This document shows, piece after piece, positions 1 through 12,800 of a stretch of 64,000 nt of DNA. The notes below the pieces were generated by a model that was not told where the DNA came from, made no database searches, and was given only the letters and a program-made list of their open reading frames with translations. The position numbers and the translations under genes are program-made. Every line of letters starts with the position of its first letter. Within the stretch, counting starts at the first letter, position 1. Source of the stretch: Amoebophrya sp. A120 (Eukaryota; Protista; Dinoflagellata); assembly GCA_905178155.1 (NCBI GenBank), contig CAJINV010000016.1, positions 959,386 through 1,023,385 of the forward strand, given 5' to 3'.

Positions 1-591
1 ATCAGCCAGGACAAGCTGCCGATTTTGAAGGCCGCCACGAGGAAGCTGGCAATCGGGAGAGAGGTGGACTTGGCAAAGATCGCCGCGCAACTGCCGGCGG
101 CCTTTACGGGCGCGGACACGGCAAACCTGGCCCAGGAGGCGTACCAGCGGGCTTTGCAAGAACGAACGGACTTTATCAAGTTCGAGCTGTGCGAGGGCCA
201 GGACGTAAAGGTGACGACGTTTTTGCTCGAAGTCGAAAAGATTGCAGAGGAAATTAACGAAAGCGCAACAGCGCAAAATGAAATCAGCTCCTCGGCAGAC
301 ACACAATCAGGTTTTTCGAAAATCGCGGACGGAGTTTGGGAGAAAATGGCCACCGAGTTAGGTGTCGCTGTAGAAACTACATCAGGCGTAGAAGAGGACG
401 ACACTGGAGCAGGTGGTGAAGTCGTGCCCAGGAGCAGCAGCAGGCGTCAGATGTTTCTAGCGAAGTCACTGCTAGAAATCCCAGTGAAGGAGAAACATTT
501 CTTACAAGCACTGGAAGTGTGCCACCCATCTGTGACAAAAAAGGAACTTGAGAAATACGAACTGTTGGCAAAAGAGTACAGAAATGCATAA
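1..591 (+). CDS. AAA+ ATPase C-terminal part, PEX6-like (5' end outside window)
   Basis: ILKAATRKLAIGREVDLAKIAAQLPAAFTGAD and the C-terminal PSVTKKELEKYE resemble the lid domain of CDC48-family ATPases, closest to PEX6. Confidence 0.6.
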   Translation: MSQDKLPILKAATRKLAIGREVDLAKIAAQLPAAFTGADTANLAQEAYQRALQERTDFIKFELCEGQDVKVTTFLLEVEKIAEEINESATAQNEISSSADTQSGFSKIADGVWEKMATELGVAVETTSGVEEDDTGAGGEVVPRSSSRRQMFLAKSLLEIPVKEKHFLQALEVCHPSVTKKELEKYELLAKEYRNA

Positions 592-1337
592 ATAGCATAC
601 TAATACAGACGAACGAGGCACGTAAAAACAGAGAATCTTCAGTCTCAGTGGTGACAGCACAATGCGATAAAATTGAAGGCTTAGAGTCGGATGATCTTTG
701 CGGCCATCATGCCGAAGATCGCAGCGACTTCAGCGGCCTGAGCACTCCTTGCGTTCATCTTCTCTGTGGTTTCTTCCTGTCGCCAGTTGTTGACATCGAT
801 TAGTTTCTTCCTGTCGCCTGTTGACATCGATGTTCTCGTACCGGGACCGCAAGGCAATCGGGGGTGGGCAGCCACCGGGTGGAAGGGCAGGACCTAGTAG
901 CAGTTTATTTTGACTGATCGTCTATAATTGGGGAATAGGTCTTCAAAGGGACAGGGCTCAAAACTTTCGGGGGTTATGGTGTTGACAGCCAAGTGATTAA
1001 GTACTTGTCAAGTTCTTGTAGATAAGGATTGCGAAGATGTTTTATGTTGATGAACTCGTCAACAACAGGATACACAGCTGCACGTGCAGCGAGGTAAAGG
1101 TAAAGGTACAGGTATAGTAAAAAAAATACGCCTAGCTTCTCACTGAGTCAACCTGTGCCTCACCGGGGTTGAAGTTGAACTGGAACAAAAGTCGTGGTAG
1201 ACGAGGTATCGGAAGAAAAATTACGCACACCACGCGGTGCGTTCTTCACTACGAAGCAGATCTAGTTCAGTGCAACTCGGAGTTTTTGTTGAAACATTCG
1301 CCACTAAAACCGGATACAAATATATTGAAACACGAAC

Positions 1338-4300
1338 ATGGCAAACGCGATTGACAGCACCACTAAAGTTTCGCCAGAAGTGGAACGCAACTACAACAAC
1401 GTGGCATCTTCACATGATGCACCCGACACCGATAATGGTTATGGCAAAGGCGAACGCGAAGCCGATGCCGACCCGGCGCGCCTGAGTGACCAGGAGGATG
1501 AAAGTGCTGGAACAAAAACTTCGGGCGGGGAGCAGCGGGAGAAGATGAAAGCTTCACATCAGCAGCACCGGAAAACGTCCCGAACTTTCACTGATCTGGA
1601 CATTCCAGATTGGTCACTACGGCCCGCAACGTTCGAGGAGCGGCAGAGGGGCGAGAAGTCGACGGAGACTGCGCTCCCGGTCAATGCGCATTTCTGGATT
1701 CAGGAATGGAAAGTAATCGCCGCCGATGTATGGATTGCACGAAACCAGGGATCGCACTACCCGTGCTAGTAGTGGCAATTATCGCATAATTTTTGCTGCA
1801 TGACCACAAAATTTTGATCTTCTCTGTTATACCTGACTCGGTTGTAGCATTGTGATGAATTGCGCCTTTCATAAATTTTGAAAACAAGACGATTTGCATA
1901 TGGGATTTCCACGGCTAGTATTGCTATTGCGCTAAAAACTTTTGTCTTCCATACAACGGGCACGAGTACAATAAAGTGAAGTTCCGTATGCAGATCAAGT
2001 GGACGGACTACAGACTGGCCAACTGGAGTCTCGAGGAGGATGTGCCCGAGAATATTTGGAGGCCGGAGATGTTTTTCGTGGGCGAAGGGGGCATTTCGAT
2101 TCCGGATTCGGAGCTGCAAAAGCCGCCCACCTTCGCCGCGCGGGACCGAAACGACGGGGTGCTGCTGTGGGAAATCTACACGGAGCTGGCGCAATTTGAG
2201 GTGTTGGCATCCGCGGACGGGTTGCGATCTTTTCCGTTCGACAGTTCCCGGTACGATTTCATCGTGTGCCTGTCCGGGGAGAAACGGCTGGAGGGGTCGA
2301 ACGAAGTGAAGTTTGATTTTGAGAAAAGCTGCGTCGAAAACTTTGACATTCCGGTCTCGGATCCGCAAAAGTGCACCAGCGGGGACTTCGAGTTGAAAGG
2401 TGTCAGCTACGCCAAGGGCGGGCACAGCTCGATGGCGAACCCGACGGGGTACGAAGACCTGCTGATTTCCCTGCACGTGAAGCGCAACCCGAAATTTTAC
2501 CTGTTCAAGACCTGCTTCCCCTTGTACGCGATTCTCATTTTCGGCGCCCTCTCCTACTGTCTCGAGGTGTCGGATCTCTCCGGGCGGCTCAACCTCATTT
2601 TCGCGATGTTCTTGACCTGTTTCGCGCTGCAGTGGATCGTGCTGGACCGCCTTCCGCGCGTGCCCTACATGACCTATCCAAGAAAAAAACTGTGTTAGTG
2701 TAAATATTTTGGGAAAACAGCATCACAAGTTTGTCTGCAATGACAGGAAAAGCTTGTTATGCACAGATAGGAAGGGGAAACACATAGGAAACGAGCCGAT
2801 CATTCATGTCGAGCATGACAAGTGTAACTGTTCTTTTGCATTTTTTGCATCACAGATTTTGATTTACACTTACACGGTTTTTTTCTTGCATATGACCGTC
2901 TTGGACACCATTATTTCATTGGTGAACGCGAGTTTGTTATGCATTGCAAATATGTCATCTGGGTCTGGAAAAGTGGAACCTGTGTTGCATTTCTTGCATT
3001 CCTGAAAGATCTGTATTGCACTGCTAGCAAGAAAGGCGCTACTTTTTCGTCCTTACAAAACCGCAGTTTGTCATGCGTGCTGCGCATCAGACGGCGTCAA
3101 GTATACTTGTCATGCTTGGCTGCACTTGAGAGCGCCAGTCTTATCCAAGCTTTAGCATCACAAATTTCCAGACCCAGACATATATTGCATTTGATATTTG
3201 TTGCTCATGGGAGTGGGGTCCGCGGTTGTGGCGATAATCTTGTCTCGGGACCGTTTTCCGTTGTATGCATAATTGCGAATGTGTCTGGGTCTGGAAGAGT
3301 GAAACTTGTCATGCCACATCTGGATCGTGGAAAAATTTGTGTTGCATGATTACCAAAAGCGGTCCACTACTTTTGAACAAGTATTATTAGAGGCAGTTTC
3401 TCATGCAGGAACGGCATGATAGAGATCTCACAGGTGAACCTGTCATGCTAGGCCGTGCATGGCAGACCGCGTGGGTCATGGAAAACCTGCATGACAAACC
3501 TACGAATCTTCCAGACCCAGACATTTTTGCATTATGATACGTTGATCTCTTCAACAAACTCAAACTTGGAATCCGACACCAGCAGCGCAGCAGTGGAGCT
3601 CGCAGCACAGGTAGAAACGAAAACGGTAAATTACTCCGTTATGAAATGCAAAAGCATCGCACTAGTATGAACCAGCCATGCTCCGGCTGCCGCCGGAGCG
3701 CAAGGCTGTTGGGCCGGGGCAAGACTGCTTGCCGATCGGACCACAACCCCACGGGCCTATGCAAAACGAAACATACTGGATTCCTGCCCCCGGTTTGCGC
3801 CGCGCCAACCCTCAGGACCACTTGCGCGCTTCCCGCGCCTGTAGGCGCTCTGCGCAGGGAGCAGCTGCAAAGAACAACGGGGGCGAACAGAAGCCGCCCG
3901 ACGGGAGAGGGTAGCGCGAGAGGGTGGCGCGGGAGGGTGGCGCGAGAGGGTGGCGCGAGAGGGTGCGCGAGAGGGTGGCGCGAGAGGGTGGCGCGAGAGG
4001 GTGGCGCGAGAGGGTGGCGCGAGAGGGTGGCGCGAGAGGGTGCGCGAGAGGGTGCGCGAGAGGGTGCGCGAGAGGGTGGCGCGAGAGGGTGGCGCGGAAA
4101 GGCGCCGAGCCAAACAAGTCCGCGAATGGCCTGCAATGCCAAATATGGGTAGCACCATGCGGATTCGCGCCCGCTTCTTTGTGTTTTTACCCTCTCGCAG
4201 ACCTCTCGCAGACCCTCTTTTTGACCTCTTTTGGGGGTCCCCGCTAATAGTCCGGCTATACTCGCGGGGAGAGGTCGACAGAGGTGGCCGAGAGGTGGCC

Positions 4301-5746
4301 AAGAGGGTCCGCGAGGGGTCGCCCCTTATTCGCGCAACCTCTCTCCACCTCTGTCCCCCTCTCGCGCCCCCTCTTTTTGACCTCTCTGCACCCTCTGTGC
4401 CACTTAGGCGGCGCCTAAGGGTGGGCGCTTACTGCGGGCCTTATTCGCGCACCCTCTCGCGCACCCTCTCGAACGGGGTCCCGCGCCACCTCTCCACCTC
4501 TGTCGACCTCTTTTCTACCTCTGTCGACCTCTTTTTTACCTCTCGGCCACCTCTCTGGGACCCTCTGTCTACCTCTTTTTTCGCATGAATATAATGTATA
4601 GTAATTGCATTACAAATTTCCTCAGCATGAATTGCCTTAGGAAAAAGATGCTGATTTGCCTTAGGAAAAAGACTTGTAATGCATAACTGCAACTAGAACT
4701 ACGAGCGCGATGCCTTTGCACTGCATATCCGTGTCTCAAGTGCGACTCGCGGACCAGGTGGACTATCCTGTGCAAAAGTATCGTACTTCTACTCGTATTT
4801 GAGTCATGCATTAAAAAGCTTTTTCTTAAGGTAAAGCCGCATTACAAATTTTATCTCTCATGCTAAATTTGTAATGCATTTATACGAGTACGATAACGAT
4901 AGCGATACTTGTGCAGTTCATATGGGCCGGATTTTTCAAATTCTCGTGCTGGTACTTTTCTTCGGGCTACACTTGTACGTGGTATATGGGGTGAAAGCCG
5001 CGAGAAAAATATACAGGAAAAAAACTGTGTTAGTGTATTACCTCTCGTCGTGTTCGAACGACAGCATCACTAATTTGCTGTGCATGACAGAGAATAGTTT
5101 GCCATGCATGGCTAGTAGCAGTGAAAAGGCAAATAAAATTGAGGCTTCCACCGGAGTGTCATCTGGCATGACAGGTGTAAGTCTGTTTCTTTTTCCGCAT
5201 AATTATTACTGATTTAGTACACTGACGCAGTTTTTGTCTTAGATAAAGAAGAGAGGGAATGTACCGCCCCTGGTCGGACTATGGGAATGTCAGGATTGAA
5301 ATCGTCAAAGTTGAATTTGATTTGCCATGCACAAAATGCGATACAAAAACTGACTCTATTGCAGAGGACGCACGGGAGGCAGATTATAGTCCTGGTAAGG
5401 GTCAAAAGTTGGACTGCTGACTAGCATGACCACAGAAGGCAGCTCTTTTGCCCTAAACCGCAGGACAGACTCGCTATCAGGACCGGGAAAATTTGTCATG
5501 CGCCGACTACAAACTGTATGTCTAATTGGTATCGGGTTTATGCATCATAAATCATTTCAACTTTGACGATTTCAAACCTGACGCTTCCATACGGACGGGC
5601 CGCGGGCGTGGGTCAAGAAAATCGCGGACCCGCACTACGTAGCTTTTCCGCTACGGGTGAAGTATTCCGCCTACGCAGATCGCAGTGAAAAGGAGCACAG
5701 GGAGTTGCAGAGGCTGTTTTTGGGGGTGGAGAAGGAGGTGTTTTGA
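1338..5746 (+). CDS. Pentameric ligand-gated ion channel (Cys-less Pro-loop type), 9 exons, all 8 introns are introners
   Basis: Motifs W.D.RL, IWRPEMFF, FPFD, R.P.FY, LPRVPYMT|VLD and four hydrophobic helices. Removing the 8 elements plus one TSD each gives a continuous frame to TGA 5744-5746. Confidence 0.85.
1729..1953. mobile_element. Introner, divergent singleton family
   Basis: TATGGA..TCCATA, degenerate TSD CGATG/CAACG, frame restored. Confidence 0.7.
2675..2892. mobile_element. Introner family F (TIR TATCCAAGAAAAAAAC)
   Basis: TSD TGACC. Confidence 0.9.
2938..3196. mobile_element. Introner family B (TIR ..ATGTCTGGGTCTGGAA)
   Basis: TSD TTTGT. Confidence 0.9.
3264..3539. mobile_element. 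Introner family B
   Basis: TSD CGTTG. Confidence 0.9.
3640..4727. mobile_element. Introner family A (TIR TAT-N5-GCAAAAGTATCGTACT) carrying a GC-rich insert of about 930 bp
   Basis: TSD TCCGT. Confidence 0.88.
3914..4096 (+). repeat. G-rich minisatellite, about 14 copies of GCGCGAGAGGGT(G), 12/13-nt units
   Basis: Directly visible tandem array; inverted copies at about 4445-4470. Confidence 0.95.
4764..4922. mobile_element. Introner family A
   Basis: TSD TGGAC/TGGGC. Confidence 0.88.
5010..5245. mobile_element. Introner family F
   Basis: TSD AAAAA/AAGAA. Confidence 0.8.
5280..5591. mobile_element. Introner family E (TIR TATGGAAGCGTCAGGTTTGAAATCGTCAAAGTTGAA)
   Basis: TSD CGGAC. Confidence 0.9.
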
Positions 5747-6869
5747 GAAGGGAGAGCGTCGGCTATTTGTCGTGGAGGCGAATATTTACGCAGCAATATT
5801 TTTATCATGAAAGTTCGTTACGGATCAATGAGCATCATAATGCCCACAGCTGCAAAGGCACACACTCTTCCAGCCCGCCTCCAGGAGCGCTTGTATCGCT
5901 CGTTACTCATCATGGCCTGCGTCAGCGTATATTACTTCACTGGCAACTAGTTGTTCGGTCTTTCGGTTTCGCCTTGTGACTGCTCAAGAAGGAGATTATG
6001 CCTCGGTTTTGCAAAAGTCAATGTCTTGGAATTTATGAATTTGTCCATCAGGAGTCCGTGTATGAGGTTTCTTATTATTGTGCTGTTGTGATGATTTCGG
6101 TCTCGGTCCCGGTTGCATTGTATGCAAGTGCGAGTAGAATAAAGTTCTCCACTAAATCCGGTCGGTTTTCCATTTTCGTGATGGAGATCTAGTTGCATTT
6201 TTCGGTCACCTCATTCCTTGTGCATCTTCGGTTTGGTCGCAGGACTACACGCAGAGGCTTCTACTTCCGGATTTTATTTTCGGTATTAACTTCTAGTTGA
6301 TTGGACTCCGCCCTGGATTTCAAAAGAAAAAGGCGAGAAGCGCGAGAAAAAGTAGTAAGTAGTCGAAACGCAGTGTGTCGTGCTCGTGACACCAAGGTGT
6401 TGTACTTACTAGCTTGCATCTTAGATGAAGTCAGTATCTAGCTTGCATCTGAATTTATTCCAGGTCCTCATTTAACAATATTTGTATTTCTACACTACCT
6501 CCTAACTATTGCTTTGTATATTCGTTGCACTTCTTTGATTTTGAGGAACAAATTTTTTCTTTTTGTTTTTCGCTCGGTCTCCGCATCTGGGTGTTGCGTC
6601 TGGTCTACAACTACGCTGGCTCCAACAAAGATGTTGTAAAAGTAGCTCTATTTATTTCCATTGCTGGGTGCTCCAGCCCCGAACTCTTGGTTAAGAGTGA
6701 AGCGGTTTAGAATTAGCGCCCCCGGCCGCTGCAGAACTTTATTACCTTGGCTATAAAAACCTAGCGCTTGAACCTGAATGATCGCCCCGGTGGTGCGTGA
6801 TTTTCTTTTTCACTATCCTGAGATAGTACGACGACCGTAGAAGTTGAAGGCTTTTTGGTTTTCGACATC

Positions 6870-9800
6870 ATGCGGAAAACGACCACTCTGGGCGCCACCG
6901 TGAAAGATGGAGCATCTTCTACTTCAAACGAGATCATGATGCCCGACGGGAGTGGTACAACTCCTAGTTCCTTTGTAGTTCTTCCCCCGCAGCGTATTGT
7001 AAGGAAAAATCCCCCCACCCCATATCGAAAAGAAAATTTGTGATGCTGATTTGTGACCACAAATCAGCTTTCTCTTGCGTACAAGGCAAACGGCACCCAT
7101 GTGGCGCATTGTACAGCGAGTCTATCATGCGTTTTCGCCTATGTCAGACTTGTTTCTCATGCTCAGCTGCTAGCCGGATGCGTACCCAAGTGAGCTTAGA
7201 ATATGCCGACAAGCTCCTCTTGCAATACAAAGTTTATTTGTGTACACAAATCCAGCAACACAAATTGTCTCTTTGATATGGGGTGGGGGCTTTTTTCATT
7301 TTGATACAGCGAAACAACGAGTCGACCTTTATCCGTACTGTCGATGGCACACCTGTTCAGGGCGAGGACCGCCACAAGAACCTCCAGCAAGGGGGTGGTG
7401 CTTCTCCTTTCCCAAGGCCACGAGGACGTGCAGATGATAAAAATAATCGCGAGGATCTACCAGTACCCGGTACTATCTTTAGTCCTGGTGGCTTGCTCGC
7501 AAAGCGGGAAATAGAAGACGCCAGGAGGGCGAGAGAAGCTGCACGACAACTACAGGCAGCAGCTTTATTACAACCTGCCGCTACAACAACCCCCGACCGG
7601 GTAGTTGGTCTTGATGTCGCGTTGCGCCGGAAGAATAATGTTGCTACTACAAGAACTACAACAGATGAACAACAACCCCGACGAGGACCTTCCGCACTTA
7701 CTACAGAACAACGAGAACCAGCAGGAAAATCACGAGGAGCCGGCGGATTGACCTTGACAAAGGGGCAAGATGAAGTTGGGAAAGTGGATGAGGAAGTTAT
7801 TCCCGCCTCGAGGACCGGGTCCAGGGACGATTTATTTTGGAGCGAGGCCGGAGGAGACGAGGTGGAGAGGGCCGAGTTGTTGAACGACTATGGTGCAGCA
7901 GCTGCCTACCAGGCACCTGCCAGGGCGGAAGATGTCAGCGTGGTAGACGACAGTGTGGAGGTCATGATGATGCCAAAAACGCTGTCAGAGCTCACCGCCA
8001 CGTCAGACTCGGACAGGGATCTACCTGATGAAGGCAGTCGCGGACGAACACCACGCACTTCCTCTAAAGACCCGAAACCGAGCGCCGCAGGGGCGCAAGA
8101 AGATGGTGGCTCTTCTCCGTCGATCACAACTTATGAGGACGTCGACATTCTCAGTGAGATATGCCGTGCAAAAGTATCGTACTCGTGTAAATGCAGAAGT
8201 CTTGCATTACAAATCTTGTTTATTAAGGCAAATCCGCATGACAAATTCCATTTCTAATGCCAAGGAAATTTGTATTGCAATTTATACTAGTACAATACTT
8301 TTGCAAGGCATATGAGAAGGAATTTCATCGAACACCGCATGAAGATCAAGGGAAGAGGAACAGTATAGCAGTATCCTGTGTAAAAACGTCCCTACGACCC
8401 CATAGCCAGGATGGGGATTTTGCAACACAAACCGAGGAGTTTTGGGAGTCACGCATGACAAAATGCACTCCGCAGTGTAATGCAGGTTAGCAAGTGCAGC
8501 CGCATCACAGATTAATCTGCTCATCGTGTTCACAGCATCGCAAATTTGAGAACACGATTGGGAATGCCTATCATGGAAGATATGCGCATCACAAATTTCC
8601 GTGTCATCGCAAATCTGCATGACAACTCTGGGGTGGGGACGTTTTTCCTCAGGATAAGAAGCTGCAGGGGATGGGGATCCACCATCCTCGTCCTGGACCT
8701 TTAATATTATCACAAGAAAAAACTGTTTCACTGTGAACTTGTGATGCATAGAACGGAACGCAAATGTGTTTGTCTTGCCACACATGCAAGACATTGGATT
8801 TCTAACTGTGTTTTCCCTTAGGAAGCACGCATGACAAGTTTCCTTTGTCATGTGTAACAAACTTGTGATGCAGATCTTCCAAAATCGTCACAGTGAAACA
8901 GTTTTTTCCTGGGATAAATATCCAAGCGGCTGCAGCAGAAGGACCACCTGCTGACAAACTGAGCAGGAAGATCACGGACACTAATTATATCAAGAGAAAC
9001 ACAAACAAGGACATGTTGAAGAAGATATCTGCAATACACGACCCCGCTGCGAGTGAAGTAGATCTAGATGACCAAGATAAAGAACAAAGACCCGGAGGTG
9101 CTGGTGCGGGTTTATTTGCCGTAGCTACAAGAACTTCTACCAGCGCAACGACCGCAGCGAGTGCCAAGAAGAAGCTTCCTGAGCAGCAGGACGAGGTTCA
9201 GCAGGAGCTGCGGGGGCACCAAGATGTTGAAGAACACCATGTAGTTGACAAGCACGACGATGACTACGGCCACCGCCACGATCATGAGCACCTTCACCAT
9301 TATCCCCCCAAGCACGACTTCGTAATTTTCGGCGCGGACACGGTGATCGGAAAGTTGGTGATTCGCTACATGGCAAGGCGTATCAAATGCAAATATGTCT
9401 GAGGCTGGAAAAATTGGAATTCGAATTTGTGGTGCGAATTCTACATCATGCCAACATCTGTCATGCATGGCCAGCAAAAGGCTCCACTTCTTGGCACAGA
9501 AAGAGGTGATTTGTCATGCGGATTAAGCATTGGGATACCTGTTCGAAACTTCTACCTGTGACGCTAGGGCTTCCATGCCAGCCCTTTTGTGTCATGCAAA
9601 ACCAGCATGGCAAAAATCTGCATTCTTCCAGACCCAGACACATTATTTGCATTTGATAAGGCGCCAGGCCGTCAGTGGCACGTGGTCGAACCGGTTTGTG
9701 TTTGCGATTCACTCCTTTGTCAGCACGAAGGAAGAGCTGAAAGCTATCAAATGTAAAAATGTCTGGGTCTCGAAGGATACAAACTTGTGATGCGCATTTC

Positions 9801-12800
9801 AAGACACAGAAAAATCTCTCATGCATAGTTAGCAAAAGCTGCCCAGTTTCTGCCACCATAATGGGGGATTTGTCATGCGGATTCGGCATTGCGAAAGTTT
9901 CTCGAAACCTGTGATGCTAGAGCTCCCATGCCAGACCTTCTGTGTCATGCAAAAACAGCATGACTCTTCCAGACCCAGACACTTTTGCACTTCATAAAAG
10001 CGTGGCTGGCGTTGAACATTCCAGATGAGAAAATACGATCGAAAATCGGCGTCTACAGTGGAAGAACAACAACAACTTCGTCGGGAGCAGGAGAAGATAG
10101 AAACTCGTCTTCACAAAAAAATCCGCGTCCTCGGCATGACACGACAGGTGATCTTCAAGATGTTGCAGCGGGCGGGCTGCATATTACCAGGGACGCAGCA
10201 GGAGGAGGAGCTCGTCCTCCTCGTCCTGCTCCTGCGCAGGAAGGAGTAGTAATTCCGGCTACAACTAGTACAGGCAAGAACCCATCAGCGTCTGTCGAAA
10301 ATACTAGAAACGACAAAGAAACTTCTACACCAGCTCCAGTTCTGCCTGCACAGGGCTCGTCCGCCGTCCGAGAACATCTCCTTCAAGAAGTGCCAGCAGT
10401 GGTGGGAGAACATCACGATGAACACCGTGTAGTTCCTGAACAAGATCGAGGACTTCTACATCATGAGCATTATCACCAACACCACCACCACGACAACATC
10501 AACTATCCCACGACGGAAGGCGAAGTAGAGAAGACGAAAGAAGTGAAGCATCTGATACAAACGATATGCTGTGCAAAAGTATTGTACTCGTAGTAATTGC
10601 AGTCATGCATTACAAATTTTTTTCTGAAGGTAAATCCGCATGACAAATTTTATTTCTCATGCTGGGGACATTTGTAATGCATTTATACGAGTACGATACT
10701 TTTGCAATGCATAAACGAGCTCCGTCTGCATCTCCTGCGAGTCGATCTACGTATGCCTTGCAAATATGTTGGGGTCTGAAAAGTTGTGATGCAAGTCTGC
10801 GAGTAAAAATGAGCGCACTGCAATACGGAGCCTAGCATGACAAGTTTCTAAGCTGCTATGTCTTGCTTGGTAGTAGGGGATTTCCAAGAGTGCGTATGCC
10901 GCATGGCAGACCGCGTTTTTGCGTGACAGACAAGGTACTTGTATTCGTGCCTATGCATCACAGCGTCCAGAGTCATGCCAGAACAGCATGACAAATCTCG
11001 CAAAGCTTCTTGACCCAGATGACATATTTGCAACGTATACTACGCAAGGCTGGACAACGAAGAGCACAGCAGGATGATCGTGAAGTACTGCAGCATATGC
11101 TGTGCAAAAGTATCGTACTCGTATAAATGCAGGTCTTGCATTATCAAGGCAAAGCAGCATTGCAAATTTTATTTCTCATGCTGAGAAAATTTGTAATGCA
11201 TTTATACGAGTACGATACTTTTGCAGGTCATACAGCAAATTTGGAAAAGACTACGCCGACTGCAGCAACGAGCCGGACTTCATGCGGGCGTGTATATGCT
11301 GTGCAAAAGCATCGTACTAAGTACAAATTGCATTACAAATTAATAGCCCAGCATTACAAATTGCATTCGTGATGCTGATTTACCTTGGGAAAGAGATCTG
11401 TAATGCATAAATGCAATTACTACGAGTACGATACTTTTGCAATGCATAGTGTATTGCCCATTACCACTTGGCAGCCTCGGAGTCCAAGGCACGGATTCTT
11501 CTCTCCGCCGGCTCCAGCTTTCTGCCCTGGGATTTAACCCTCGTCGCCCTGCAGAAGGAAATCCGCCGAGATTACCCCTTCGGGCGGGAGGAAGCGGAGT
11601 TGCGGACTTTACGGACCTACAGCGAGTATGCATTTTTGCAAATATCGATCTGGGTCTGGAACAAGGTTGCAGCTTCTGCTTGTGATGCGTCATGTATTGG
11701 TGAGTCTTCACACAAAAATAAAAATTAATTTTCCTTTCGCGGGTACTAGCACACGTGAACCAATGTAGTTTCTCATGCAAGACATGCATAATTCTCGCAA
11801 AGCGAAAGCTCCTACAAAAAATAAAGAGCCTGGGATCAAGCTATATCGTGGATTCAGCCCTCGTGGTGCATCCAAAACCAAAACCAAATCCAAACTGTGC
11901 ACGACACACGACCACTTCTGCACTCATCCAGACCGAGTAGACCACATATTTGCATTTGATAGTACGGGCCTGGACGAGATTCCGCGGTCCGTCTTCGAGC
12001 CGATGCAGTACCACATTCTGCAGAAACCGAAGGAGCTGGCGAAGATTAGGAAGGAAAAACTGGAAAAGGAAAAAGAGTTGTTGAAAATAAAGCAACAGGA
12101 AATAAAGGCCGCATTGCTGCGGGACGAACAAGCTCAAGCACAGCATCTTCTTGCGGCGCATGAAGATCATGCAGCAAATATTAGAAATAGTAAGACTAAG
12201 AGCGCAGCTCTAGTAGTACCTCCCCGGCTGTCGGGCGGCGGGGAACATCATCAAAACGAAGCGGTTAGTAAGAGTTTCTCCGCGAATGGACCACGTGGAG
12301 CTGCATCTCCAGGAGCTGCGCAACTACATGATAGCAGACACAACTCGAAGTTGGAAGTAGAAAGTGGCCAACGGCAGGTAGGCGCCCAGGTAGAAGATGT
12401 TGACGAGGACCTGGACCGGCTAACGCAGCAAACCCGAGGACAGGCTTCTCAGCTTCCTGCTGTGGTGCACCAGCAGGCAACTCGTCCACATCAAGATGAA
12501 AGTGGCAGAGCTACAGGCAGCCCTGGAGGTAATTATATCTTCACGACCAACAAGAAGGCGAACAAGTCTTTGAATGGGCCCACAACGCTGCTGGGCATCA
12601 AGCCCTTAGATGTGGAGGACAAAACCAAGCTAGACTGGCTGTATTACGTCGACCCCTTCAGCACCAATCCCGTTATGGCAGCCAAGATGTTTACCGACAT
12701 GGCCGCTTTCGAAACTTCTACGCAGCAACTACACTATGAGACTGCACAACTCCCCCTCCCCCTCATTTGTCATGCAAAACCTCGAATCCAAATGCATCCC

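Noticed and set aside
3639-4692. Overlapping ORFs on both strands (ARE/RHPLAPP repeats)
   Set aside because: Artefacts of a stop-free GC-rich minisatellite inside an intron
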